From the NCBI GenBank assembly GCA_965140705.1, contig OZ223302.1, forward strand, positions 384,001-448,000: a stretch of DNA of 64,000 nucleotides. Direction: 5' to 3'. The notes under the pieces were generated by a model. The model saw only the letters and a list, made by a program, of their open reading frames with translations. It had not been told where the DNA came from and made no database searches. This document shows positions 47,939 to 58,668 of the stretch, piece by piece. This stretch comes from an uncultured Arcobacter sp. Its GTDB lineage: Bacteria; Campylobacterota; Campylobacteria; Campylobacterales; Arcobacteraceae. A program made the translations under genes and the position numbers. Positions within the stretch are counted from its first letter, which is position 1, and each line of letters starts with the position of its first letter.

Positions 47939-49114
47939 ATGGATAAGATAATTGATATATTAGATTCTATTGCTTATGAAAAAGGAATTAAGTCTGAGCA
48001 TGTTGAAACTGCGTTAAAAGAAGCATTAATTAAAACTGGTGAAAAGATGGTTGACCATACTTTAATTTTTGATGCAGAAATTGATAGAAAAAACAAAAGA
48101 TTAAAACTTTTTCAAAAAATTGAAGTTGTAAAAGATGATGACAAAAGACTTCAAGGTGAAGAAGTTGATCAATATGACAACATTATAAACCCTGAAAACT
48201 TTATTCCTTTAAGTGAAGCAAAAGAGATTGATGAAGACTTAGATATTGGTGATTTTTTAGATTATGATTTAGAGTTTGAAAATATGGGAAGAAATGCGGC
48301 AACAATTCTTCACAACAATTTCGAGTATAGACTTCAAAGATACATAGAAGAGAATCTAGTATCAAAATATAAATCTAAAATTGGAAAAATCATCAACGGT
48401 TCAGTTACAAGAGTTGATAGAGCTGAAAATACTTTTGTTGAAATTGGTGAAGTAAAAGGTATGCTTACTAGAAAAAGTAGAATCAAAGGTGAAACTTTTA
48501 AAGTTGGAGATAACTTAAAAGCTGTTGTAAAAGCTGTAACAATTGATAAAACAAATGGTTTAATAATTGAATTATCAAGAACAAGTCCAAAATTTCTTGA
48601 AGCACTTTTAGCACTAGAAGTTCCTGAACTAAAAGATGAAAGAATCACAATAGAAGCAAGTGCTAGAATCCCAGGTAGTCGTGCTAAAATAGCACTTTCA
48701 ACTATGGATCCACAAATAGACCCTATTGGTTCTGTTGTTGGGGTTAAAGGGGTGAGAATTACATCAGTTAGTCAACAATTACATGGGGAAAATATCGATT
48801 GTGTTGAATATTCAACTATTCCTGAAATGTTTGTAGCACGTGCTCTAAGTCCAGCTATTATTAAAAGTGTTCAAATTATAAAATCTGAAAAACATGATGA
48901 AAAAGATAAAGCAATTGTTACAATCTTAAGTGACCAAAAATCAAAAGCTATTGGAAAATCAGGTTTAAATATTAGACTTGCTTCAATGCTTACAAAATGT
49001 GAAATTGAACTTGTTGAAATTGGGGATAATACACAAAGTACTGAAGGTTCAACAGAAATTCCAAATGATGAAAAAAGAAAAGATACTTCAGAATTAGAGG
49101 CTTTATTTAAATAA
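47939..49114 (+). CDS. nusA: Transcription termination/antitermination factor NusA
   Basis: LSRTSPKF, EVPE, ARIPGSRAK, DPIGSVVG, AIGKSGLNIRLAS. Confidence 0.96.
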   Translation: MDKIIDILDSIAYEKGIKSEHVETALKEALIKTGEKMVDHTLIFDAEIDRKNKRLKLFQKIEVVKDDDKRLQGEEVDQYDNIINPENFIPLSEAKEIDEDLDIGDFLDYDLEFENMGRNAATILHNNFEYRLQRYIEENLVSKYKSKIGKIINGSVTRVDRAENTFVEIGEVKGMLTRKSRIKGETFKVGDNLKAVVKAVTIDKTNGLIIELSRTSPKFLEALLALEVPELKDERITIEASARIPGSRAKIALSTMDPQIDPIGSVVGVKGVRITSVSQQLHGENIDCVEYSTIPEMFVARALSPAIIKSVQIIKSEKHDEKDKAIVTILSDQKSKAIGKSGLNIRLASMLTKCEIELVEIGDNTQSTEGSTEIPNDEKRKDTSELEALFK

Positions 49115-50517
49115 TGGACAAAATATTCATTTATGACTCTGTAAAAAAAGAGAAAGTTTTATTTGAACCTATAGTTGAAAACCAAGCAAAAATATATGTT
49201 TGTGGACCAACAGTTTATGATGATTCCCATCTTGGACATGCCAGAAGTGCAATAGCTTTTGACATGTTACATAGAGTCTTAAAATTAAATAATCTTAATG
49301 TAACCATGACAAAAAACTTCACAGATATTGATGATAAAATCATAAAAAAAATGAATGAGTCATCAAGAACTTTAGAAGATATCACAACCCAATATATAAA
49401 TGCATACAAAGCTGATATGCATGCACTTAACATCTTAGATAATACCCTAGAGCCAAAAGCAACCCAAAACCTTGAAGCTATGATAGAGATGATAAATGAT
49501 TTACTTTCAAAAGATATAGCTTATAAAATTGATGATGGTATTTATTTTGATGTCTCAAAAGATAACTCTTATGGAAATATTTCAAAAAGAGCAAGTGATG
49601 AAAACTCAATTGCTAGAGTTGAAGTAAATACTCAAAAAAGAAATTCATCTGACTTTGCCCTATGGAAACTTGAAAAAGCAAATGATGTGTCATATGAAGC
49701 TAACTTTGGGAAAGGTCGTCCAGGATGGCATATAGAGTGTAGTGCTATGATTCAAAAACATTTAGCATACAAAGATAAAGATTTTCAAATAGATATTCAT
49801 GGAGGTGGCGCTGATTTACTTTTTCCACACCATGAGAATGAAGCTGCACAAACAAGATGTTTTTCCCATAAAGAGTTGGCAAAATATTGGATGCACAATG
49901 GTTTTGTAACTATTGATGGGGAAAAGATGAGTAAATCACTTGGAAATTCATTTTTCCTAAAAGATATTTTAAAATCTTATAGTGGTGAAGTTGTAAGGTT
50001 TTATTTATTAACAGCCCATTATCGAACAGATTTTAACTTCAATGAAGAGGATTTAATCTCATCTAAAAAAAGACTTGATAAATATTATAGAGTGAAAAAA
50101 AGAGTTTATGGAAGTGCTGCATCAACTGTAAACAGTGAATTTAAAGCAAAAGTTTTAAGTGCCCTAAATGATGATATAAATAGCTCAAAAGCCATCTCTA
50201 TAGTTGATGATATGATAAATAATGCAAATGATAAATTAGACAAAAATCCAAAAGATAAAAATCTAAAAAAAGAGTTAATTGCAAACTTTGAATTTATAAA
50301 TGAGATTTTGGGAATATGTTTTAATGATGCATATGAATACTTCCAATTTGGAATAGATGAAGATACAAAAAACAAAATAGAAGAGTTAATAAACAAACGA
50401 ACAGAAGCTAAAAAACAAAAAGATTTTGAAACAGCTGATAAAGTTAGAGATGAGTTAACTGCCTTAGGAATATCTGTAATGGATACGCCAAATGGTGTAG
50501 TTTGGGAGAAGTTATAA
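49114..50517 (+). CDS. cysS: Cysteinyl-tRNA synthetase
   Basis: YVCGPTVY, HLGH, GRPGWHIEC, FPHHENE, KMSKS. Confidence 0.97.
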   Translation: MDKIFIYDSVKKEKVLFEPIVENQAKIYVCGPTVYDDSHLGHARSAIAFDMLHRVLKLNNLNVTMTKNFTDIDDKIIKKMNESSRTLEDITTQYINAYKADMHALNILDNTLEPKATQNLEAMIEMINDLLSKDIAYKIDDGIYFDVSKDNSYGNISKRASDENSIARVEVNTQKRNSSDFALWKLEKANDVSYEANFGKGRPGWHIECSAMIQKHLAYKDKDFQIDIHGGGADLLFPHHENEAAQTRCFSHKELAKYWMHNGFVTIDGEKMSKSLGNSFFLKDILKSYSGEVVRFYLLTAHYRTDFNFNEEDLISSKKRLDKYYRVKKRVYGSAASTVNSEFKAKVLSALNDDINSSKAISIVDDMINNANDKLDKNPKDKNLKKELIANFEFINEILGICFNDAYEYFQFGIDEDTKNKIEELINKRTEAKKQKDFETADKVRDELTALGISVMDTPNGVVWEKL

Positions 50518-50524
50518 ACTTCTT

Positions 50525-51484
50525 CTAAACCCTATAATCAACACTACTAATAACTCCCGCTTCACCATTTTCTTTCAAAAACATTGAACTTTGTCCTCCA
50601 TTTACTGAAGATACATTTGCTAAGTATATTGCTCCAATTCCTGAATCAGCTAAAGTTACTAAGGAACCTTCACCATTTGCTTTCTTTTCCCAAACTCTTA
50701 AGTCATTGAAAACTGAATCATTTTCATCAATCCAACCATTTCCATCTTCATCATATTTACTTAATTCTTTAAAGCCATCATTTGTATTTACACCAAAAAG
50801 CTCATTTCCATCGTCAACTTTATTATTTCCATTTTTATCTATTGCTAAATAGCTTGCATTATTCTGTAACTTTGATATATCATTACTCTTTTTATCTTTA
50901 TTCACATCAAATTCAAAGCCCATATCTCTTGGTACTTCACTTGTATCTCTTCCATCTTTTTTCATATCAATAGAAAAGGGATTATCTCCTTTTCCATAGG
51001 CATTTATTTTTGTTTCATTTCTTCTATAAAACTCATTTGAATAAGAAAGGCTAAGATTTATTTTAAACTCTCCATTAGATGTTTTAATAGTTGCTTGAGA
51101 ACTAAAATCTATTGTTGTTTTTTCATAATACTCTTCTGTACTTTCATATGAAAATCCCCACTCTTGATTATTACCCTTTGAGTATGGATTATCCGGCACT
51201 TCAATTTTAGTAGAAGAATCATTTGGATACAAAGTGATCTTTTGATTACCCTCTAATAGATTATTGAGTAATTGTTCTATTATTCTCTTTTTAATTGTAT
51301 CTGCAACAGATAAATCTGCTTCACTATTAAAGACCAATTTTTTAGGATCAATATTTACTGACAAATCTTTTTTTTCATCTGGATTTTCTGTTTTTGTAAA
51401 AGAACTAGCACTTGTATGTTTCTCATATTTTTGTACAAAAGAACTATTTGCTTGCAGATTTACTTCATAAGAGTCTATTTTCAT
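50525..51484 (-). CDS. Hypothetical protein with DxDxNG Ca-binding-like loops
   Basis: AIDKNGNNKVDDGNELFG and YDEDGNGWIDENDSVFNDLRVW; start likely ATG 51484. Confidence 0.7.
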   Translation of the reverse strand: MKIDSYEVNLQANSSFVQKYEKHTSASSFTKTENPDEKKDLSVNIDPKKLVFNSEADLSVADTIKKRIIEQLLNNLLEGNQKITLYPNDSSTKIEVPDNPYSKGNNQEWGFSYESTEEYYEKTTIDFSSQATIKTSNGEFKINLSLSYSNEFYRRNETKINAYGKGDNPFSIDMKKDGRDTSEVPRDMGFEFDVNKDKKSNDISKLQNNASYLAIDKNGNNKVDDGNELFGVNTNDGFKELSKYDEDGNGWIDENDSVFNDLRVWEKKANGEGSLVTLADSGIGAIYLANVSSVNGGQSSMFLKENGEAGVISSVDYRV

Positions 51485-51571
51485 TTTCAATCCTTTTATC
51501 TATATTTAAGAATTGTACAATGCTTATCATTAATATTTCGTTAAAAAAACTTTTTAGTTTATGTAGAATTT

Positions 51572-51615
51572 TGGGCATAAAAAAAGGAAAGAAGATAATC
51601 TTCTTTCCTTTTTTA
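51572..51615 (-). terminator. Rho-independent terminator of rpsF-ssb-rpsR
   Basis: AAAAAAGGAAAGAAGAT-A-ATCTTCTTTCCTTTTTT. Confidence 0.85.
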
Positions 51616-51631
51616 AAGTAGTAACTAAAAC

Positions 51632-51889
51632 TTATCTAGCGTATGCTGCATCAGTAAGGTTTTTAGTATCAACAATATATGGAACTAATGCCATATGTCT
51701 TGCTCTTTTGATTGCTAATTCTACCATCTCTTGAGCTCTTTTAGAATTTCCAGTAAGTCTTCTAGGCATAATTTTACCTCTTTCACTCATAGAAATTTTT
51801 AAAATTTCAGTGTTTTTATAATCAATGAAATCAATTTTCATCTCAGTATATTTACAATATTTTTTTCCGTATTTTCTTCTCTCAGCCAT
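51632..51889 (-). CDS. rpsR: 30S ribosomal protein S18
   Basis: [30 protein letters not shown]. Confidence 0.97.
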   Translation of the reverse strand: MAERRKYGKKYCKYTEMKIDFIDYKNTEILKISMSERGKIMPRRLTGNSKRAQEMVELAIKRARHMALVPYIVDTKNLTDAAYAR

Positions 51890-51904
51890 TTTTTTATCCT
51901 CTTT

Positions 51905-52432
51905 CTAGAACGGTATTTCGTCTTCGTCTATATCGATTTCTGGTATTTTATAACTGCTATTTTCAGTTGTAGTTTTTATACCACCTTGAGCGTAGCTGTT
52001 TTGAGCTGGTTGCTGCGGTTGATTATATTGATTACTAGCTGGTTGTTGAGTTTGTGGTTGAGAATACTCACCCTCATACCCAGTATTAGCACCATTTTGT
52101 GAATCAGATTTTGAATCTAACATTTTCATTGTATCAACTCTTAAAGAGTGTCTACTTCTATTAGTTCCATCTTGTGCAGTCCATTGTTCAAAAACAAGTC
52201 TTCCTTCTAATAATACTTTAGAGCCTTTTCGTAAATATTGATTGGCAACCTCAGCACTTCTATTGAATATATTGAAATCCAAAAAACAAACTTCATCTTT
52301 CTTTTCACCAGTACTAGTCTTATAATTATAAGATGTTGCAATTGCACCTTTAGCTATCGCTGCACCACTTGGTAAATATCTTAATTCAATATCTCGTGTA
52401 AGATTTCCTATCATAACTACTTTATTATACAT
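51905..52432 (-). CDS. ssb: Single-stranded DNA-binding protein
   Basis: NKVVMIGNLTRD, YLRKGSKV, C-terminal DEIPF. Confidence 0.97.
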   Translation of the reverse strand: MYNKVVMIGNLTRDIELRYLPSGAAIAKGAIATSYNYKTSTGEKKDEVCFLDFNIFNRSAEVANQYLRKGSKVLLEGRLVFEQWTAQDGTNRSRHSLRVDTMKMLDSKSDSQNGANTGYEGEYSQPQTQQPASNQYNQPQQPAQNSYAQGGIKTTTENSSYKIPEIDIDEDEIPF

Positions 52433-52459
52433 TTACGGCTCCTTTTATAAAATTATGCC

Positions 52460-52813
52460 TTAAGCAGACTTTTTAGCTGCTTCATCGCTTAGTTTAGTCC
52501 AAGCAGTAACTTCTTTTTTACTCTCATATTTGATGAAAATAAATCTAATAATATTTTCATTAATTCTATAATTTCTTTCTAATTCTAAGATAGAAGTTGT
52601 TGGTGCTTTAAAATAAATCACATAGTAGTGACCTCTTTTATGTTTTTCGATTTCGTAAGCTAGTTGTCTAGTTCCCATATCATCGAAAGATACAATCTCT
52701 CCACCATTTTTCTCAATGTTAGCTTTCACTAACTCAATCTGTGCTACAGTTTCTTCTTCAGTCATCGTAGGCTTTACAATAAACATTGTTTCATAATGTT
52801 TTATTCTTGACAT
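52460..52813 (-). CDS. rpsF: 30S ribosomal protein S6
   Basis: [23 protein letters not shown]; rpsF-ssb-rpsR operon. Confidence 0.97.
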   Translation of the reverse strand: MSRIKHYETMFIVKPTMTEEETVAQIELVKANIEKNGGEIVSFDDMGTRQLAYEIEKHKRGHYYVIYFKAPTTSILELERNYRINENIIRFIFIKYESKKEVTAWTKLSDEAAKKSA

Positions 52814-52816
52814 TCA

Positions 52817-52865
52817 TTCTCCTTTTAGTTTTCGCCGGTATTATTAAAAATATCAGCAAGGTTTT
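52817..52865 (-). promoter_or_regulatory. Putative rpsF leader (S6:S18 autoregulatory RNA)
   Basis: Minus strand CCTT-GCTG...CGGC-GAAAACTAA-AAGGAG can form a hairpin whose base pairs with the SD. Confidence 0.5.
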
Positions 52866-52881
52866 TGTAAAGTCTGAGATT

Positions 52882-53865
52882 TTATCTAAGTTTGTCTGAA
52901 AATTTTCTTAGACTAGCTTGAATATATGCATTATGATCTGGGATTTTTGAACTTTTTAAATCCAATTCCAAATCATTTAAAAAATTAAACAACTCTAAAA
53001 ATAGTTCTGGCTTTATTTTTATGGCTAATTTTGTCTTCTTCTCCCAAATATTTTGTGGAGGAATATATCCTAGTATCTCCTTTGGATTTGGAGTTCCTAT
53101 TGTTCTTGAATATGAACTTATCATAAAAAGTTGATGTAAAAAAGCTCCAACTTGAGTTACTAAATTTATCTCATTCATTCCTTCTTCAAGTAAGAAATGC
53201 AAATCTCTTTTTACTAATTGTCCACTTAACAAATTAAATAAAAAATCTTCTAAAGAGACTGACCCAATACCAAAACAATGAATTTCAACAAGTTTTGAAG
53301 AGATAGATTCTTCATTTAAAATAGCTAATTTTTTTAAGTCATTTACACTTAAGTTCAAATCATTTCTATGCATAAAATAAAGATGATTTAAAGCTGAAAC
53401 TTCATATTTCAAACCCAATGTCCTAGCCTCAGATTCTAATATTTGAATAGCTTCTCCTGGATATGGGGTAAACATTCTTACACTTACACTATTGTTTTTG
53501 TTTGTAAAATATCCACCCATAGTTTTAAAATCACCATCTCCCATACAAGCAAATATCACTTTTGAGTCTTGATTTATATTACAAGCTTCTATTAACTCTG
53601 TAATCTCATTTTTATTTAATTTTTTATTTAATTTTACAAGCAAGATATTTCTACTTGCAAAAAGAGATGATTGTAAAAGTTTATTTTTTACATATTTAAA
53701 ATCAAAATCATCAAAATAGACTTTTTCTATCTCTTCCCCAGCTGCAACACTTGTTGCTACAAGGTTTGCATATTTTTCTATTAAATAATCACTTTGCCCA
53801 TAAAACATATATGCTGAGAACTCTTTATTAGCTCTTAATAATCCATCAAACTCTTTTTTATACAT
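52882..53865 (-). CDS. holA: DNA polymerase III delta subunit
   Basis: MYKKEF, FYG, LLQSSLF, DLKKL; downstream of rnr as in Campylobacterota. Confidence 0.88.
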   Translation of the reverse strand: MYKKEFDGLLRANKEFSAYMFYGQSDYLIEKYANLVATSVAAGEEIEKVYFDDFDFKYVKNKLLQSSLFASRNILLVKLNKKLNKNEITELIEACNINQDSKVIFACMGDGDFKTMGGYFTNKNNSVSVRMFTPYPGEAIQILESEARTLGLKYEVSALNHLYFMHRNDLNLSVNDLKKLAILNEESISSKLVEIHCFGIGSVSLEDFLFNLLSGQLVKRDLHFLLEEGMNEINLVTQVGAFLHQLFMISSYSRTIGTPNPKEILGYIPPQNIWEKKTKLAIKIKPELFLELFNFLNDLELDLKSSKIPDHNAYIQASLRKFSDKLR

Positions 53866-55714
53866 TTTTTATTGTTCCAACTATATTTTTACTAATCACA
53901 TCACTTGATTTTATTGTTACTTTTATTTTAAGAAAAAGTTTTTCACCCCTATAATTATCCAAATGAATTCTAAGTCCTGGCATATCTTTATAGAATTTTG
54001 CAATTCCTCTTTCTATATCTACTATTTGTGCTTTAAACTCTTCCCCAATATGATTTTTTGCCCATCTTGCATATTTTCTATCTTCATAATCCCAAACAAG
54101 CTGGTCTACTTTTCTCTCATTTGCAGATATATGTTCACAAATATCATCAATATCATCTGGTATTTTTTTAGTTTTTAACATTCTATGAAGAACTAGATCA
54201 GAATATCTTCTAATAGGACTTGTAAAGTGTGAATATGAATCAAATCCTAAACCAAAGTGACCCAAGTTTTTAGATGAATATTTTGCTTGTGATTGGGATT
54301 TTATGATTAAATCATTTATCTCTTCAACTAAAGCACTATTTTTTGCTTTTTGTTGTATGTGAGTAATTGTCTCATGAACCGATGATTTTATCTCTGCTTT
54401 TATTCCAAGTAAATTTACTTCATCTACTAGTTTTGAAAGGGATTGGAAAGATGGTTCATCATGAATTCTAAATATTCCCACATTAGTTAGTTTTTTACTA
54501 GCTTCAATATTTGCTAATAACATACACTCTTCTATTAGTTGGTGGGAAGCTGTTGATTCTTCTACAGAAATTCCTTCCAATTCTAAATTATGATTTAACT
54601 TTTGTCTATACTCTTTGCTTATAAAATCATAACCCTTTTGTAATCTTTTTGCTCTTATTTTTTTAGTAATTTCATACAAAGGAATCAAATAATCAAAAAT
54701 CTCTTTTTCTGTTTCGTTATATTTATCTAAATGACCTTCTATTACCCTATCGATTCTTCCATAGGAGAATTTTTTATGTGATTTAATTATCGCTTCAAAA
54801 AGTTCTGATTTGATTATCTCATAATCTTTATCTAAATATATTTTAAAGACATAAGAGTATCTATCAACATTCTCCTTTAAAGAACACATCTCCTCACTTA
54901 AACTTGGAGGAAGCATAGGTAAAACTTTATTTGGAAGATAAATAGAAGTTGATTTTTGTAAAGCTTGTTTATCAAGTTCGCTATTTTCTTTTACAAAATA
55001 TGATACATCTGCAATAGCCACATAAAGTATGTTCTCTTTTGTATCAAAATAAATAGCATCATCATGGTCTTTTGCACTTGCTGGGTCAATGGTTGTAAAT
55101 GGTAGAGCTGTTAAATCAACTCTTTGATTTTTATCATTCATCTTAGCATCAACATCTAAATGTTTTTCCAACCTTATAAGTTCATCATATAAAAACAATG
55201 AAATATATTGGTCAACCTTTGGATCTTCTATATTTCCAATCTCTTTTTCTATATCAAATGTTTTACTATTTATTACATAAATATTTCCATTTGCAAAAGA
55301 GCTAAAATCTTTTTTAGAATCTAATTTTACGCCCTCTTTTACACTAAATACTTCACCTTCATTTACATAAACTAAAAGGGAAGTTGCATGGGTATATAAT
55401 ACTTTTTCAACTTTTGCTTTAAATGAAGACCTTGGGTTAAAAACTCTTTTTACTAAAATCAAGTCATTATTATAAGCACCTTTTAAATCATCAATATCTA
55501 ATTTCAAATTTTTATGTTCATTATCCAAATCACTTAAAGAGGCAAATTTATTCTTTATTTTTACAATTCCAACTCTATACTTTGAATTAAGTTTATATGT
55601 ACCATTTTCATAACTTACAATATCATCTTTTATAAATGCAGCTAAATAATCTTTTTCATTTTCTGTAAAATTTTCACTGCCAGATATAACTTTTTTAAAA
55701 ATAGTTTGAATCAA
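53858..55714 (-). CDS. rnr: Ribonuclease R (RNB domain)
   Basis: TIDPASAKDHDDA, VAIADV, LIEECMLLAN, HFTSPIRRYSDL. Confidence 0.92.
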   Translation of the reverse strand: MIQTIFKKVISGSENFTENEKDYLAAFIKDDIVSYENGTYKLNSKYRVGIVKIKNKFASLSDLDNEHKNLKLDIDDLKGAYNNDLILVKRVFNPRSSFKAKVEKVLYTHATSLLVYVNEGEVFSVKEGVKLDSKKDFSSFANGNIYVINSKTFDIEKEIGNIEDPKVDQYISLFLYDELIRLEKHLDVDAKMNDKNQRVDLTALPFTTIDPASAKDHDDAIYFDTKENILYVAIADVSYFVKENSELDKQALQKSTSIYLPNKVLPMLPPSLSEEMCSLKENVDRYSYVFKIYLDKDYEIIKSELFEAIIKSHKKFSYGRIDRVIEGHLDKYNETEKEIFDYLIPLYEITKKIRAKRLQKGYDFISKEYRQKLNHNLELEGISVEESTASHQLIEECMLLANIEASKKLTNVGIFRIHDEPSFQSLSKLVDEVNLLGIKAEIKSSVHETITHIQQKAKNSALVEEINDLIIKSQSQAKYSSKNLGHFGLGFDSYSHFTSPIRRYSDLVLHRMLKTKKIPDDIDDICEHISANERKVDQLVWDYEDRKYARWAKNHIGEEFKAQIVDIERGIAKFYKDMPGLRIHLDNYRGEKLFLKIKVTIKSSDVISKNIVGTIKNV

Positions 55715-55791
55715 AACTTATCCTAATTTTCTTTTATTTAAGTATACATTATATAACTCTTTTATTTACATTTAGGTTACTTTTGATATAA

Positions 55792-56844
<1,053 letters not shown>

Positions 56845-56847
56845 TTT

Positions 56848-56876
56848 TTAAAGTAAGGTTTAAAACCTTACTTTAA
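56848..56876 (+). terminator. Hairpin after ilvC
   Basis: TTAAAGTAAGGTT-TAA-AACCTTACTTTAA perfect inverted repeat. Confidence 0.7.
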
Positions 56877-56888
56877 TGTTCTAACTTA

Positions 56889-58055
56889 ATGGCGAAAAGA
56901 AAACCTCAAAGACGTAAAAAAGCTAGTAAAAAAACCTATAAAATTTCTACTATAAATAAATTTTTAGCCCTATTACTATTTTCTTTACTAGTAACCTTAT
57001 CAGCATATTTTATTCTTTTAAAAAATCATAACGATAAAATAAATGAATCAACAAAAATAGAAAAAGAAAAAATTAAGCATGCAAAAGAAAATAATATTGA
57101 TAATATTATTGAAGAGTATAATAAAACTACTAAAGATACTAAAGCCGATAAATTTGAAGAGTATAATAAAGAGTTCGAAAATGAGTACATTCATCCAGTA
57201 GAACCTAAAGAAAATAAATCTAATTTAGAAGAAAAAGACAAAGAAATACAATCTACAGAAAAACAAGTTTTCCCAGAAAATAAACAAACATTGATAAATC
57301 CAAATGAACAACAAAAACCACTTCTTCCTGCCTTAGAAGATGATAAAATGCATAAAGAAGTTGAAAAGAAAAAAGAAAAAGTTGTAAGTAAAACCTCTAA
57401 TAAACCAAAACTTTCTATTGTAATAGATGATGTTACTCTTCAGTCTCAAATAAATCATATCAAAGATATTGGATATACTATTAATATATCTTTAATGCCT
57501 CCTACAAAAGGGCACAAAAATTCTGCTCGTATTGCACGTAATTTACCTTTTGCTATAGTTCATTTTCCCCTACAAGCAGGAATTTCTAGTCTTAGATTTG
57601 AAGAAGATAATACCTTAAAAGTGGGTGATTCTTATGAAAAAATTGAAAAAAGAGTTGCACAAATTAGAAAATGGTATCCAAAAATAAAATATACAAATAA
57701 TCATACAGGAAGTGTTTTTACTTCTGATAAAACTTCTATGGAATATTTAATAAAAGCCCTTAAAAAATATAATTTCCAATTTATAGATAGTAGAACAACT
57801 TCCCATAGTGTTGTTAGGGAAGTAACAAAAGAGTTTGGAATGCCATATATTGCTAGAAATATCTTTTTAGATAATAAGAAAGATTTTAACTATATTCAAA
57901 ATCAATTAAAAAAGGCTATAAAAATAGCTAAGAAAACAGGCTCTGCAATAGCAATTGGGCATCCATATCCAATTACTATGAAAGTACTAAAAAGTTCTAA
58001 ATATTTATTAAAAGATCTTGATTTAGTATATATAAATAAACTACCTATTCACTAA
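56889..58055 (+). CDS. Divergent polysaccharide deacetylase family protein
   Basis: N-terminal TM, low-complexity linker, IVIDD, NNHTGS, FIDSRT, RNIFLD, AIAIGHP. Confidence 0.9.
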   Translation: MAKRKPQRRKKASKKTYKISTINKFLALLLFSLLVTLSAYFILLKNHNDKINESTKIEKEKIKHAKENNIDNIIEEYNKTTKDTKADKFEEYNKEFENEYIHPVEPKENKSNLEEKDKEIQSTEKQVFPENKQTLINPNEQQKPLLPALEDDKMHKEVEKKKEKVVSKTSNKPKLSIVIDDVTLQSQINHIKDIGYTINISLMPPTKGHKNSARIARNLPFAIVHFPLQAGISSLRFEEDNTLKVGDSYEKIEKRVAQIRKWYPKIKYTNNHTGSVFTSDKTSMEYLIKALKKYNFQFIDSRTTSHSVVREVTKEFGMPYIARNIFLDNKKDFNYIQNQLKKAIKIAKKTGSAIAIGHPYPITMKVLKSSKYLLKDLDLVYINKLPIH

Positions 58056-58065
58056 ATTTTCTTTA

Positions 58066-58548
58066 TTATTTTGTAAAAACAAAACTCTTTGGAGTAGCTG
58101 GACAATTACCAATTATAGAAAAATCTGTTCCACCACTATTTGGTAATTGTTTCATATTTATTCCTAAAGCTGTAGTTTTATCTTTTGTTTTAGATTTTTC
58201 ATCCCTAAAAACCCATACTTCATAAAAATAAGGTTTATGGTGCAATACTACTCTTTTCTCAACTAAGTCAAACTCTGTATAATCACATTTAAGATAAATA
58301 TTTCTCATGATATCATTAAATAATACTTCTGAAGAGACTATACTTTTTCCCTTTTTTCCTCTTATTTTTGTGTTAGAATAATAGCTTGCTTTATCAGTAT
58401 CTTTATACTTTACAAATTCATATGGTTGATTTGTATTCTCAATTTTTTTATTAATAGATGAAATAGTAGCATTCTCTAAATTACTATAACAACCAGTAAA
58501 AAGAGTAATTATACATAATAGTCCGATATTAAAAATAACCTTTTTCAT
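58066..58548 (-). CDS. Hypothetical lipoprotein
   Basis: LFTGC lipobox. Confidence 0.7.
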   Translation of the reverse strand: MKKVIFNIGLLCIITLFTGCYSNLENATISSINKKIENTNQPYEFVKYKDTDKASYYSNTKIRGKKGKSIVSSEVLFNDIMRNIYLKCDYTEFDLVEKRVVLHHKPYFYEVWVFRDEKSKTKDKTTALGINMKQLPNSGGTDFSIIGNCPATPKSFVFTK

Positions 58549-58668
58549 ATATCTCCTTTTAAGTTGTAACTTAATTGTACTATCAATAGTTTTAAAATTT
58601 TAAAAGAATCATTATTTTTATCTATTTTTGAATGTATATTTTTAAGAAATAGGAAATTTTCCTACTTC

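Noticed and set aside
50690..50850. Lanmodulin-like identity for the acidic-loop protein
   Set aside because: It lacks the four tandem D-P-D-x-D-G-T EF hands, the small size and the signal peptide of lanmodulin, and lies far from the island
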